A DNA stretch of 63,068 nucleotides, counting the filler, from Rhabdomonas costata (lineage: Eukaryota), in assembly GCA_019059605.1 (NCBI GenBank). It is 42 parts of 42 records of this genome, joined end to end, with 100 filler letters (N's around TTAATTAATTAA, not from the genome) between each part and the next. Parts side by side here need not be neighbours in the genome. Positions count along the whole stretch, not along the records: positions 12,069 to 13,471 come from JAHMHO010016958.1; positions 13,572 to 14,974 come from JAHMHO010016959.1; positions 15,075 to 16,477 come from JAHMHO010016960.1; positions 16,578 to 17,980 come from JAHMHO010016961.1; positions 18,081 to 19,483 come from JAHMHO010016962.1; positions 19,584 to 20,986 come from JAHMHO010016963.1; positions 21,087 to 22,489 come from JAHMHO010016964.1; positions 22,590 to 23,993 come from JAHMHO010016965.1; 34 more parts are not named here. One strand, given 5' to 3'. This document shows, in pieces, positions 12,671 through 24,650 of this stretch (the first letter of the stretch is position 1; the number at the start of each line of letters is the position of its first letter). The notes under the pieces were generated by a model. That model searched no databases, had not been told where the DNA came from, and saw only the letters and a list, made by a program, of their open reading frames with translations. Both the position numbers and the translations under genes were made by a program.

Positions 12671-13122
12671 CTGTTCAACTAGCGCGGCGTTCTCTTCACT
12701 GTCCGTGGCGGTGCCACCAAGCCTTTTCTGCAACCTGAACAGTAAGTAGATATCCAAACTTGTACAGAGGTCTGTCCTTGTCAAGGACACGCGCAGCTTA
12801 ATAATGCACAGTGATGTCAGCTAGACAACTAGCTAGACAACAACAGTACCCACGAGGTCAGTTCAACCAAGCGGAAAACAAAAAGGGGGAAAGAGGAGAG
12901 GTTGTGGGGGAGAGAGAGAAGGACACAAACGAATGACTTTAGCGCAGATCCACAAAATAAATTGCTAACATGGTGTGAAAGCACAAGTCGGTATTCCCCC
13001 ACCCCAGTCGCGTAGCGAGTGCATACCGTTCGATCTCTTCCAACAGCTGTTGGATCTTCAGATCCTTCGGGTCCAAGTTCTTCACGGGCTTGTTCTGGAT
13101 CTGCTTCGCCCGGTCAGCAAAT
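12671..13122 (-). CDS. Kinesin motor end and neck (kinesin-2-like); exons 13122-13027, 12734-12671
   Basis: (R)FADRAKQIQNKPVKNLDPKDLKIQQLLEEIER|LQKRLGG matches the RAKxIxNKPxxNxDPKD neck linker. Phases are compatible. Confidence 0.88.
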
Positions 13123-13791
13123 CTGACCAAAATAGCAACAGAAAAAATGTTCCTCGGCGTGGGGACACCTAACAACAAAAACGTTTAAAGGAAAATTGAC
13201 TGAGAACTGAACTCAGCCTGACTCGTGAACTGCACAACATTACACAACGTTAAGGAGTCCAATGCCAGCAGAAACGTAATCCAGGGTTCCTTAGGGGTAG
13301 GGGGTACACAGCTCCGGCCCGAAAGCTCATCATGCCATCATCCCGAGGGGCACTGGCTTTTCGAAGCCCACAGGCCAAAAAGAAGCTTCAACGCCACCGC
13401 TCCGGGAGTGACCACGGGGGAGGTCGCACTGCGAACCGGATGACCTTTCGGACTGACAGAAGCAATCCTGGNNNNNNNNNNNNNNNNNNNNNNNNNNNNN
13501 NNNNNNNNNNNNNNNTTAATTAATTAANNNNNNNNNNNNNNNNNNNNNNNNNNNNNNNNNNNNNNNNNNNNGATATCCTTCAACCAGTCTCATGGAAGAG
13601 ACTAGCCTATCTTACTTCATTATCGCCCGCGGCTTTGACGCCCGAACCCCATCGAGACAATCGTCCTCACAAAATATGGGGGTTATGCCTTTTTCTGGTT
13701 GCATTGGTGTTATGGAATAAATTCGGTGCGTGTCTGCAATGATTTGCAATGCGGTATCCCGCCAGCTTCTTCCTCTCTCTTATTTTTGCAG

Positions 13792-13941
13792 CAGCAGAAG
13801 GCTCGGCGGCTGGAGCGGAATCTGAAGCGCCTGCGCACAGCTCTGCGCAAAGAAACCCTCCACGCCATGGTGGAGGCCGTGTCTGCCGCTTTAGGGGACG
13901 ACAGCAGCAGCAACTCTGGCTCGGAGTCAGAGTTTCCCAAG
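13792..13941 (+). CDS. Hypothetical coiled-coil protein, internal exon
   Basis: Pyrimidine tract with CAG acceptor, GTGTGC donor, 150 nt: QQKARRLERNLKRLRTALRKETLHAMVEAVSAALG. Confidence 0.55.
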
Positions 13942-15215
13942 GTGTGCGCTTTTCTCCCTCGGCGACCTGGAGCCAAGCCATTGCTAGTGGTGAGGAAGGA
14001 AGTTTTCTCGGGGATATGGGGCTTCCTATGCAGCTGAATATTGCTGACATGTTTAGAGTCGTGTCACTGCTCAAACAATATATCTCACACTTCCCCACCT
14101 CTCAAAAAATGGGTGTCAGGTGGGGAAATTCCACAACAAAAACCGCACTTTCTTCTGCCTGCAGTATTGCAAGCATTAAAGCGCAGAGGTGTCTTCGCAA
14201 GGACCCGGGGACCTGTGGAGCGTCTCACAGGTCTTGGTGATTAGCAGTGCTAGTCGTAATTACCTTCGCCCCCCCCCCGAACACAGGCACTTACGCAACA
14301 CGAGTGCAAAAGGCAGAGTATGACACAGCTCCCCCTCAGCCAATGCGCTAAGCTCATAACACACACAGGCGCGTGCACATATTGCTCGTCGTGGGCTTGG
14401 TGAGCACCAGGTAAACGTGGCAGTCGTGCAGCCAGAAGTTGTAGATCGTCGTGGTTGCCGTGGCGAACGTATGGCTCTGCGCTCTGCGCTCTGCGTTGCG
14501 CTCCCTGCGATGGACAGCCACTGTTTTACCGTCGTTTTACAGCTTCAGAAAGCACAGCACTATAGTCTTTGTTTTATTCTCCATGAGCTGAGTTTTCCAT
14601 GGTCGTGTTGCGGGTCAGGCCAACTTGCTTCCAACCTGCTTCCTGCAAACGTCCTTTTTGTCTTTTGGAGGGTTTCCTGTTTTTGTTTGGGGGGAGGGGG
14701 AGAAACGGAGAAATGAAGAAACTTACATCGCAAAATGCGAAAGTGTTTTTGGCGGCGCAAAGCAAAGCCACTGCACATTAGCAAATAAAGAGATCGACTC
14801 AGGAAGAAACAACAAAACTGCAAAACACGAGAGTCAAGCAATCAGCCGCAATGGAGAAAGAGGAGGAGCAGGGGTGGTGGTGAGTTGTTGTTGCCGAGAA
14901 ACGCAGCGTTATCTTATGGAGAGATCTTCTTCTCGAGGACACAGGAACCTCCCTTACCTCCCTTACCCCCCCACNNNNNNNNNNNNNNNNNNNNNNNNNN
15001 NNNNNNNNNNNNNNNNNNTTAATTAATTAANNNNNNNNNNNNNNNNNNNNNNNNNNNNNNNNNNNNNNNNNNNNGTTGGGGGTTTGAAGCCCGAAAATGG
15101 CCTCCAATAAGGGTGACATTCCCGTGCTCGGAAGGTGGTATCGGGTTGCCAGTCGAGCTATTACGAGGGAATAAATGGAGGCCGACACTAGGAGAGGGGG
15201 AAACACAAGGAGAGC

Positions 15216-15658
15216 CTGTTCAGGGGTCGTTTGAATTGCTCATAGAAGTTCTTAGGCAAGAAGTTCAGCAGGGTGTACTTGGAATTTGTCACCTGTTGAA
15301 ACAACCGCAAGGCGACGTGCTTGGGAGTAAAAAAAACAAGCCTGTGGTACGCGATAAAAAGCCAGCAGGTATAATCGACGAAAGAATGGAATAGATGCAG
15401 CGGGTGTGTGTGTTGTACGAGGTATTGTACGAAGGAACTTGTGAACCCTACAGCTGAACCACAACAACGCCATTGACCGCATTTGTGGTTTCAATGTGCC
15501 AAAGAGTGATACGTCGGGCGACACGAACCACCTGACATGAAAGCAAGGAGCCACGCACACAGGGGCTCACCTCATTGGTGCAGTATCCCGGGTCATCGGG
15601 GTGGTGGGGCTGGATTACTCGGAACGCAGCCGGCCTCCTCCGCGAAAAGGGACAACAC
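15216..15658 (-). CDS. P4-type ATPase (phospholipid flippase) N-terminal region; exons 15658-15571, 15292-15216
   Basis: RVIQPHHPDDPGYCTNE|VTNSKYTLLNFLPKNFYEQFKRPLN matches the NxVxxSKYTxxxFLPKNxxEQF signature. The second exon appears to end at a GC donor. Confidence 0.9.
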
Positions 15659-16640
15659 CTATGCGTGCACGAAACACTGGGCTGCACCCTTGCCCACATA
15701 CCTATTGCACGTGAGCCGCCAACGTTCACCTAATGCTCATCGCCGGTGACCCCGAAGAGTACGAGCTAAACCAGGGGCAAGGTGAAAAAATGAGGACGTA
15801 ACCCCAATCAAAACCCTTACTGGAGGGCAAGGAGACAGCAACCAAAAAAAATTTCCCGTACGCCCCCCCCCCGGCTCACTTCTTTTCTACCAAAGCCGAG
15901 AAAAAGTTTGGGGAGTATGGGGCGGAGGGCAGGGACTGCACTCGAAGGCCAACCGTGAGTGAGGCATCCAGGTGAAACATCAAAGGTGACCTACCCACAC
16001 AAAAATGGAAGCAGGGGTGCCGGATTCAAATTCACACTCTCCAGGAGAGAGCAAACGAATCAAACGAACGAGACAAAAAGCACCGAGCAAAGCTGAGCAC
16101 AAAAAGTAATTCAGATGCAGGACGGACACCAAAGCAAAGAGCGGTCATAGGGCAAGATAGAGGCCGCTCCTCTCTTCTCGGGAGTACTGCGCCGCAATGA
16201 GACGCCGCTCAGATACTAAATGAAGCGACTGGGAGCCAGTGTCTCACACAACTTGGCAATACTTCCACGAGAGTGGGAAAACAAGAGCGCTCGCAAGCTG
16301 TGCTCAAAAATATCCTGAGCGATCCAAACAATTTTCAGCCCATTTTTGAAATGGAAGGGACCCCATCAATGCGTCAACGATGGCAGCAAGCAAATGGAAC
16401 CTGAAACTGGTTCACCAAAAACAGCGAGCCGGGAGTAGCCAACTGTCTGCAACCCACAAACCACACACACCCACCACNNNNNNNNNNNNNNNNNNNNNNN
16501 NNNNNNNNNNNNNNNNNNNNNTTAATTAATTAANNNNNNNNNNNNNNNNNNNNNNNNNNNNNNNNNNNNNNNNNNNNGTTTTGGGTGGTGCTTGCACATT
16601 TCGTTTGATGAGTGAGAGAGTGCGGGTGGCTATGTCTTAG

Positions 16641-17700
16641 GAGACGGGCCCCACCCTCCGCCGCCACGGCGGCTTCATTGACAAGTTTCAGGGCAGTCGT
16701 ATCACTGCGATCTTCCCCGACCCCAACGATGCTGTGGACGCTGGCCTGGAGCTGCTGGTGTGCTTCTCGGCTTCTCGGAATTGTCTGTTGTCATGTGGCC
16801 TTGCGGGTGCAAGGTCTCCATTTACTCCACAGATCTTCGGCTTAGAAGGCAGCGAGTTCTAAGCGGGAGAAACTTTTCTGCGTGCCCTCTAGTACCCAGG
16901 CACCAGGACCGCGAAAGCGTAGCAATTTTATGTCATGGACCTTGCTGGTGAGAACAGGGCCCGATACTTTCAGGGTTGAGTATGCATTTTGCTGTGCAGT
17001 GGCGTGTTATGTGGGGGAAGGCTGTGTGGGTGTATGGGGTGCCTTGGGTTTGTAGGACGCTGCGGGGAGGCGCAACCAGGACGAGACATCTTCTTCCCTT
17101 ACAGTCGACCTCGGGATGGCCGTTCACACTGGGGACATTATGTTGGGCACAATCGGTGCGTGTCTCTCTTCATTAAAATAATTAAATCGACCTTTTCTTC
17201 TCCGCCAGTAATGTAGTGTAAAGCCCTAACAGGGGGTTATTTACGAATGACTTCCACCCCGGCCCATCGATGTATTCTTTGGTGGCTTCTTCACCACCAG
17301 TTTTTTTTTGGCTCCTGTTCCTTTTTGTATGTCTCTTTTTCAGGTGAAGAGGAGCGGATGGAGACTGTCATCATCTCTGAAGCTGTGGCGGTATTCACAC
17401 AGAGAGGGGGCGGAGAGGCATTGGATTAGGAACTCGCTGAGACCCATCTTCTATGTGTAGGCCGAGCATTTACCAACTCGCATCCCTGCTTAGCTGTCAG
17501 TTTGTAACTTAAATGGTATAGCGTGTGGGGAATGGCATGGTGACGGTGTGTCTGCCTTTCAAACAAAAAAAAGGTCGCGCAGAATGCCTGCAGCCTCACA
17601 GGCGTGTTTGAGGCCAGCTTCCTGATCACCCGCGAGACTTACATGCTGCTCAATGTCGATGGCCTGTCCGTGAGGAGCTTGGGAGAGATGGAGATCCATG
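16641..17700 (+). CDS. Class III nucleotide cyclase-like domain with degenerate active site; exons 16641-16757, 17056-17155, 17344-17390, 17574-~17700
   Basis: RRHGGFIDKFQGSRITAIF...|DLGMAVHTGDIMLGTIG|EEERMETVIISEAVA|VAQNACSLTGVFEASFLITRETY. Motif order and intron phases fit. The last boundary is uncertain. Confidence 0.87.
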
Positions 17701-17865
17701 GCCTGCACTTTCATCTGCGGGTTTTGCCCATGATGCTTTCTATCTTTTTTCTCACAGTTCTTGATGTATTGGGGTGTGGTGACATCCACTGGTCGTGCGA
17801 GGAAGCTGATAGAATTGAAGAGCAAAAGCAGCAGCACGCTGTTCAGAAAATTCAGAAGAGTTCTC

Positions 17866-17956
17866 TGTTTTTTACAAATGTCTTATGCAACGCAATTGCT
17901 CTGCCCTTGTGATCACCGCAGGTCAATTGCGTTGCATAAGACATTTGTAAAAAACA
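17866..17956. repeat. Near-terminal inverted repeat (17866-17898 / 17924-17956)
   Basis: 33-bp perfect arms followed by an A/C-rich tail to the contig end. Confidence 0.88.
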
Positions 17957-18414
17957 AAACAACCATACGCACCCAACACANNNNNNNNNNNNNNNNNNNN
18001 NNNNNNNNNNNNNNNNNNNNNNNNTTAATTAATTAANNNNNNNNNNNNNNNNNNNNNNNNNNNNNNNNNNNNNNNNNNNNGTGGTTGTGGAGCAACATTC
18101 GCAGCATCCGAGGGGGTCCGCGGTTGTCAGTCGCATTTCGGTCCACTTTAATGGGCGTCGGGAGGGCATGTGCGCAGGAGAAAATATAAAGTGACCTGCA
18201 CGCGGCGAGGAAAGAGTGGAGCATCGTCGCCACATACAGTTCGTCGCGTGGAGCACCGCTTTCGGTTTTTGTTTTGTTACACTCGTGGTGCTTTACCACG
18301 GAAGCTCGCTTGTGAGAAATGAGGTCCGAGGGATTGGGACAGCTGAAGGTTTCTCTTCGAAGCAGATTATGCTTTCCAGCAGGACCTGCGCCACAAGCAC
18401 ACGCCTTTGTGCAG

Positions 18415-19143
18415 GTTGATTCTATCCGCGAGGCGATGACCACCCCTGGCCCCAGGGCCGCGTTCATTTTCGTGTCCTTGCCTGCCGTGCAGCTGGAAGA
18501 GGCTATCTCGAGGCCCTTTGTCCCCTTTTCTCTGCGGTTCAATATCACTCCAGAACAGGTTTCTGGGCGCAATGCTGAGCCATTAAGAATGTAGTGAGGA
18601 TGCCTGTGCCTGACCCGCCCTCACAGGGAAGATCCGAAAGCAGGTTCTAACAGCAGGAAACATGAGCATCTACTGCAGCCATAAGAAGTGGAAAGGGGCA
18701 AATTGTAGCCCATAATAATGTAGGGGAAAGCAGATCGGATGGAAACAGATTGGGTGTCAGCAAATTCATGTTTTATTATGGATGCCCGTCATCCGAAGCT
18801 AATTCCTTGGAGCTTTGCACAGTTGTTTGCCATGTTTCTCTTCGCCTGCGATCGTGTGATTAAGATCAATGATGCCGCCATCGAGTGTCCTGTTTTGCGA
18901 TGCCGGGATTCCACCACTTCTTCACTTGTATCTGTGCCTCCCTTCTTGGAGGATTGGAGGATTCCTCTTTATTTCCGGGTTGGCGAGGGGTACTTTTGTG
19001 CCTTTTGCAGTTCCGCCGTGAGGTTCATTGGAGCAACAACCAGCGGGTGGCGGTGCTTAACGATCTGGCACTGCGAGTGGTCCGGGGCGCTGGCCTTCAT
19101 GCAGTGGACGCCTTTGCCCTCACCTACCCGCTGCTAGACAAAG
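18415..19143 (+). CDS. Possible SGNH/PC-esterase (NXPE/TBL-like) C-terminal region; exons 18415-~18519, 19011-19143
   Basis: AAFIFVSLPAV... and WSNNQRVAVLNDLALRVVRGAGLHAVDAFALTYPLLDK resemble the region before the DxxH motif. The motif itself is not in the contig. Confidence 0.45.
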
Positions 19144-20226
19144 GTGCCTCCATCCTTAGGAGCTTGCTGAGCTGCTAAACGATAACAGACTAAGCACCTT
19201 TTAAAGCCTTGCAAGGTTGTCGTGTGTGTGTGTGGGGGGGGCGTTCCGGAGATCTCAGCAAAAGGACAGGGACATCTATGTGTTTTTTGGGTGGGACAAT
19301 GACAGATTTTGACGCAGGCTTGTCCGCGGAGCGGCCCGATCAAAATTGACCTCCGTTTTTGCCCGCTTGAACCGTCTACCTAACCAGGGGTCATCACCCC
19401 GGCACCCCGTGGTAAACCTTTGCGAGTGATGTTGGATGTTTTCCATATGTTTCTTGAAGTGCTTGGTTGCGTGAACTCACAGGNNNNNNNNNNNNNNNNN
19501 NNNNNNNNNNNNNNNNNNNNNNNNNNNTTAATTAATTAANNNNNNNNNNNNNNNNNNNNNNNNNNNNNNNNNNNNNNNNNNNNGTTTTGGTGGTGATTAA
19601 TGGGGCGGCTGTTGTGTGCGCCGCGCCGGACTTTGAACACTGGACAATGAAGTGGAAGATGATGCGCACTTTTTTGCAGAGGGGTTGACTTTCTTGTAGT
19701 GTGTGTGTGTGGGGTGGGCACAACTGTTACCCTCCGCTGGTACCTGGCACGCATTTAACGTTAGATCAGCTTCGCAAGGGGTTAGCTTGGGATGCACGTG
19801 TCCCCTATGATTCGAATAGAAGCTTTTGCAGGGGGTTTTAGGAGGCGATGCCGGGAATCCAGGTGTCTTGGGCCGCGGAGCGCGGCGGAGATCAATGCTG
19901 TGATATTCAGAATAATGCGATATTTCTCTCTTTTCTTGTGGGCCGGGTGATTATTCGTCGCCGAGCAGCATAGCAGAAGTTCTGCAATGTGCCTTTTAAC
20001 TTTTAATCGGGTACCAGTGATTTCGGGTACCCCCCCCTTCAAACACACTACTATACAAAACCCTTCCTGTTCCTAGGCAAGCTCGGTTTTCATAAAACTG
20101 CTGCCTGCTGCTGTATCATGAGCCGATTCAAGACACCACGGAGGCCTGCCCTCCTCTCAATTTCGTACTTCAAGCAGTCGGTTCAATTCGGTGTGTGAGC
20201 GGTGGGTTTTCTCTTCGATCTGGCAG

Positions 20227-20349
20227 CGCGGACCTGCGCCACCGCTCCCACGGTGTTGTGTGGGGCGGGTCTGGTGCTGAAGTCGGACCTCAGCGGTTCC
20301 ACCTGTGCCTCTGCCACGAACTGCACGCAGAACGAGTGCTGCAAGCCAC
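20227..20349 (+). CDS. Cysteine-rich repeat exon of a probable surface or secreted protein
   Basis: 123-nt symmetric phase 1-1 exon RTCATAPTVLCGAGLVLKSDLSGSTCASATNCTQNECCKP, with CAG acceptor and GCATGC donor. Confidence 0.7.
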
Positions 20350-20648
20350 GCATGCCTCCCTTCCCCTACTCCCTCTGCTGTTTCTGGCCAACACATTTTC
20401 CGCAGCTATAATTGCGACCACCCTTGACTTGCGAGCTGCCGGTTGTTTTGGACTCAAGACAAGTGTGATGGGTATCTGTTGTTTTCCACTACTCTTCCTG
20501 CGTTGCCATTCTTCTCTGTCTGTCTGCCTGTCTGTCTGTTTGTCTGTCTATCCTCCTTTCCGCCAGCAGCGAAGGTGGAACAAAACACAGCACGGCAAGG
20601 CAAGGCACAACCACAGTGAACGGCGTCCATACAATTCTGGAGGTTATA

Positions 20649-20986
20649 TCATCCCGTCGGCGTTGAGCGCGACCAGGGATCCGCCTGGTTCACCGGACCT
20701 GGAACCCAGCGCACCGTGACCTCGATGCCGGAGAGTGTCTGCAGGATGGCCGCGGAAAGCAGCAGCGCTTGGTGCCTGGTAGGAGGCAGCCGCAGCCCCG
20801 AAAACCATCCCACGCAGGCGCTGCTATCCGTCAGCAGCAAGAGGTGTGTCCGCGATGCAGCAGCGCATGCAACCGCTAAGGTCACGCCGTACAGTTCCGC
20901 CGTCTGTTGGGCGTCATGAGCACGGGCGTAGCTTTCCAGGAGTTCAGGTGGAATGGCGGCGGTGAGCCGTCGCCTCCCAAAACAAA
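20649..20986 (-). mobile_element. RNase H domain of a tyrosine-recombinase retrotransposon (DIRS/Ngaro/TATE-like), 5' truncated by the contig end
   Basis: AQQTAELYGV...LLLLTDSSACVGW...VTVRWVPGPVNQADPWSR shows the E, TD and WVPxxxNxADxxSR motifs. Confidence 0.75.
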
Positions 20987-21420
20987 NNNNNNNNNNNNNN
21001 NNNNNNNNNNNNNNNNNNNNNNNNNNNNNNTTAATTAATTAANNNNNNNNNNNNNNNNNNNNNNNNNNNNNNNNNNNNNNNNNNNNGTTTGTGGGTTTGT
21101 GTTTGGTGGGTGTGGTGAGAATAAGGGCGCTTGGGCGTCGTGCCGTGTACCGCCGGGGCTGGGGCGGGGAGTAGGCCCCAACGGGGGCGGCAAAGACTCG
21201 GGTGCCTGACATCGATCGAACTGGAAAAAGGAAAATGGCTTGCGCCAAGGCTCTGCTGCAGGAAGCGACGGTTGGGTTTGGGTTGTAGGGAGGGTGCAGG
21301 CAAGCGGTAGGTTGCCCGGTGACGGGTGCATCGGTGAACTCCTCTCGCCCTCTCCCACGACACATGTTGCAGCCAGGCAAAAGTGCACATGCAACCCAAT
21401 ATGGCCGCAAGCGATTCCGC

Positions 21421-21427
21421 ACACACG

Positions 21428-21462
<35 letters not shown>
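21421..21462. repeat. Imperfect (CA)n microsatellite
   Basis: Direct reading. Confidence 0.9.
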
Positions 21463-22126
21463 TTAAAATCCTTACTTGCAACGGCTGGCTTCTCGCGGCT
21501 GCGTCTGAGTCTTCTGAGGAAAAGGTGTAGTGAAGTTCAGGTTTTTCTTTTGAGGGATCTGCGCAAGCCTATAAACTGCGTTCGCCACGTTCAAGGCCCT
21601 CCGGCAGAGGGTGGGGGTGCCACCAGTTGAGACAGTTGAGGTCGCCCTAACCTAGGCTGTCATCCAAAAACAAAACAAAGTGTGACGCTGAAGCTGTGGA
21701 ACTCAGAAACAGAAGCCATTTATCGAAATCGCGCAACACAAGAAGGCAGCTGACAATCAGCTTTGAATCAATTCCTGGAAAGGAATCTCATGCCGAACCC
21801 GTGCACAGGGATCTTTTCTGTCGCGTCCGTGGGTCTTTGAAACGGACAAATCTCCAACAGTTCTGAAACAGTTTTTTGCAGGGCTTTGACGGACAAGTGG
21901 AGTTTGCGGCAGTTGCCTTCGCCCCGACACTTAGAGTATGGTGGCCGAGACTGCAAATCCTCACACTACGTCGTCATACACAATACCAACATTATGCAGT
22001 TATACGGTTTAACACCCCCTTTCCCGATCAATAACGCAGAAGGGCCGCGTCCACGAACGCAGCAGGTCCACAATCGCAAACAAGCTGATGGTCCAACGGA
22101 GCTGCACAGAGGTGTACGATATATGC

Positions 22127-22178
22127 GGAAAGCAAATGGAAAGCAGATGGAAAGTAGATGGAAAGTAGATGGAAAGTA
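22127..22178. repeat. 11-bp tandem repeat GGAAAGYARAT, about 4.7 copies
   Basis: ggaaagcaaat ggaaagcagat ggaaagtagat ggaaagtagat ggaaagta. Confidence 0.9.
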
Positions 22179-22752
22179 ACCCACTGGACCTCCGCAGGGA
22201 CACATCCTCGGAATATACTCTACCAATTCAAAACGTGACTGTAACACAAATCCAAAGAAAAAGAAAAAAGAAAAGGAGGAGGAGGAGGAAGAGGAAGCAA
22301 ATGGAAATGCAGGGGGAGGAGGAGCCGCGTGAAGGATCTGAGCCCAATCACTTGAACATGTGGTGGCATGACGGCGCCACCTGCCCCCAAACGCGAGCAC
22401 GACCGACGACTTCTCCGAGGGAAAGGAAAAACACGGTGGAAGATAAAGCTGTGCCATGTTCTTCGGAACACCCCCCACCCTAACCCAACNNNNNNNNNNN
22501 NNNNNNNNNNNNNNNNNNNNNNNNNNNNNNNNNTTAATTAATTAANNNNNNNNNNNNNNNNNNNNNNNNNNNNNNNNNNNNNNNNNNNNTGTTTGTTGGC
22601 ACATGAGCGGCAGCTTCTGCCATTAAAACCTGTTCTTTTCCTTTTCCGGGGGACTCATCGCGTTGACGGTAGCTCTGTGTGGCTTTCGTTTCTTTACTTC
22701 CTTTTGCCGCCTGCATCACTTGAGGCTTCTGCTTCACCCCTCTTCTCCTCAG

Positions 22753-23692
22753 CGACGTTGCGGAGACCTGCACCGGGGCCAGCCCATACTGCCCCCCCGA
22801 CGAGGTGTGGTTCGCGGGCTACGTCTGCTCGGTCTCCACCGGGCTGTGCGACCCCGCAGAGGTTTGCTTCGCCTGTCGTCTACTCCTCATTTCGTCGCGA
22901 TTACGTTGCTGTGTTGCAAGTAGTATCTAAGATTCTAACTATGTTCAGCTTTCTGGTGGTGCATCGCCTCTCCCCCCCCTCCCTCCACGTTTCGAGACGT
23001 TTGGTTGCACTCAATGTCTGGTTGTTTCTCTTAGCTTTGCCTCCGCTGTGTATTTTTACGGATTTTTGGACGCCGGTTTTGGGAGGACGCCGGTTTGCAA
23101 CGTTGTTGGGAGACGGGCTAGCGGGAACCCACAGAATATCGGGGCTTTTTTATACAGGTCTGCGATGGGAACTCCACAAGCTGCCCCTTGAATGTTAAGC
23201 TTCCGCAAGGCACGGTTTGCCGCGAGGCCGTGGACGTCTGCGATGTGCCCGAGCAATGCGATGGGTATTCCAAGGACTGCCCAGTCGACGCGTTCCAACC
23301 CGTTAACCACCAGTGCGCCAATGCCACCGACCTGTGGTGTGTGGTGGGGCCCAACCCCTAACCTCAGCTCTTAACTTTGGGGTCGTTGCTGGTGTCCCGG
23401 CCCTAGTTTGGCGGGACGGTGGGGATGGCACGCGCCGCCACCATATGGGTGTGTTCTGAAGTGTACCTGAGAGCAGAGGGAGCGAGGTGCTGTCGCTCGC
23501 TACTGCCACTCCGATGCTCCGCCATCTATCTCTCGCAGCAGCTCACACCATATGTCCTCACAGTGTTTGCTTTCCTCGCGCAGTGATGTACCGAAATACT
23601 GTGATGGGACCACTGCATACTGCCCCACCAATGGAGTCGTCAACAAGGACGTACCCTGCCGTCCGAGCCAGGGCGGTTGTGACCTCGAGGAG
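22753..23692 (+). CDS. Protein of tandem disintegrin-like repeats; exons 22753-22861, 23158-23336, 23584-23692
   Basis: CDVAETCTGASPYCPPD...CSVSTGLCDPAE|VCDGNSTSCP...CREAVDVCDVPEQCDGYSKDCPVD...DLC|DVPKYCDGTTAYCP...CRPSQGGCDLEE. The CDxxExCxGxSxxCP unit repeats, and all GT-AG phases match. Confidence 0.88.
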
Positions 23693-24576
23693 GTATCAAA
23701 CATCCCGTTTTTTCCCACGCACACGCACGCACGCACGTACACACCCACGCACGTTCACGCCCAGACTCCAGACAGGTTCACAGCTCATCAGCGCAAACGG
23801 CAGGGGATCACCCAAGAAGCGAAACATGCGCTCCAGCACGCTATGTGCTCGGTAGGCTCACGTTTTTGTTATTGCTTTCCATGCGATCTTGTGTGACGCG
23901 GTGCTTGCCCCACTTCCGCCCGCGGACGGTCCAGCGCTTGGCAACTTTGCTATGGTGATTCCCTGTGACGGCTTGATGGATTGGGGAACCACCNNNNNNN
24001 NNNNNNNNNNNNNNNNNNNNNNNNNNNNNNNNNNNNNTTAATTAATTAANNNNNNNNNNNNNNNNNNNNNNNNNNNNNNNNNNNNNNNNNNNNTTGTTTG
24101 GGTAAGGGAGAAGCTGGTCGAACGATGTGGGGCATTGGGAGGGGGCGTCGGCGTCAGTCAACTGTGTGGGAAGTTTTTTTCAGGGCATTATATATATTCG
24201 TCTGGTTCAGATACACGCCCCACGTCTGGTTCAGGTCTGCAACGTTTTGAGGTTGAGGATTACCGAAAGGGACGGTGCATTGCAAATATCCGGTGTCCAA
24301 GAAATTATGGCGATCTCACTTTTTTTTTGAAATGAGAACTAACCGCTTGAAGGAAAATTCAGTTACTGCGATATTGGAGAATCAACGGACGCTGTGTTGA
24401 ATAGGTCTGTGCCTGCTTTATTGCTCGAGTCTTCCACGCTGATTCCCAGTCCCCTCTCCGAACCTCTAGCAGCCCTAAATTTTAAGAGCCCGCCATTCTT
24501 TACTGGACACCCCATATCCTGAACCCCTTTTCTTCGGTGCGCCTGTGCTTGTGTGGGGTGTCGGTGGTTTGTGCAG

Positions 24577-24650
24577 ATGTGTTCGACATCCAGAAGATCA
24601 GCAAGGCCCTAGGGCTGGGTGACTCCGAAGCGAAGGCTCCCAAGAACTAG
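24577..24650 (+). CDS. Terminal exon of an unidentified gene
   Basis: gtgcag acceptor, then GC3-rich VFDIQKISKALGLGDSEAKAPKN and TAG. Confidence 0.5.
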
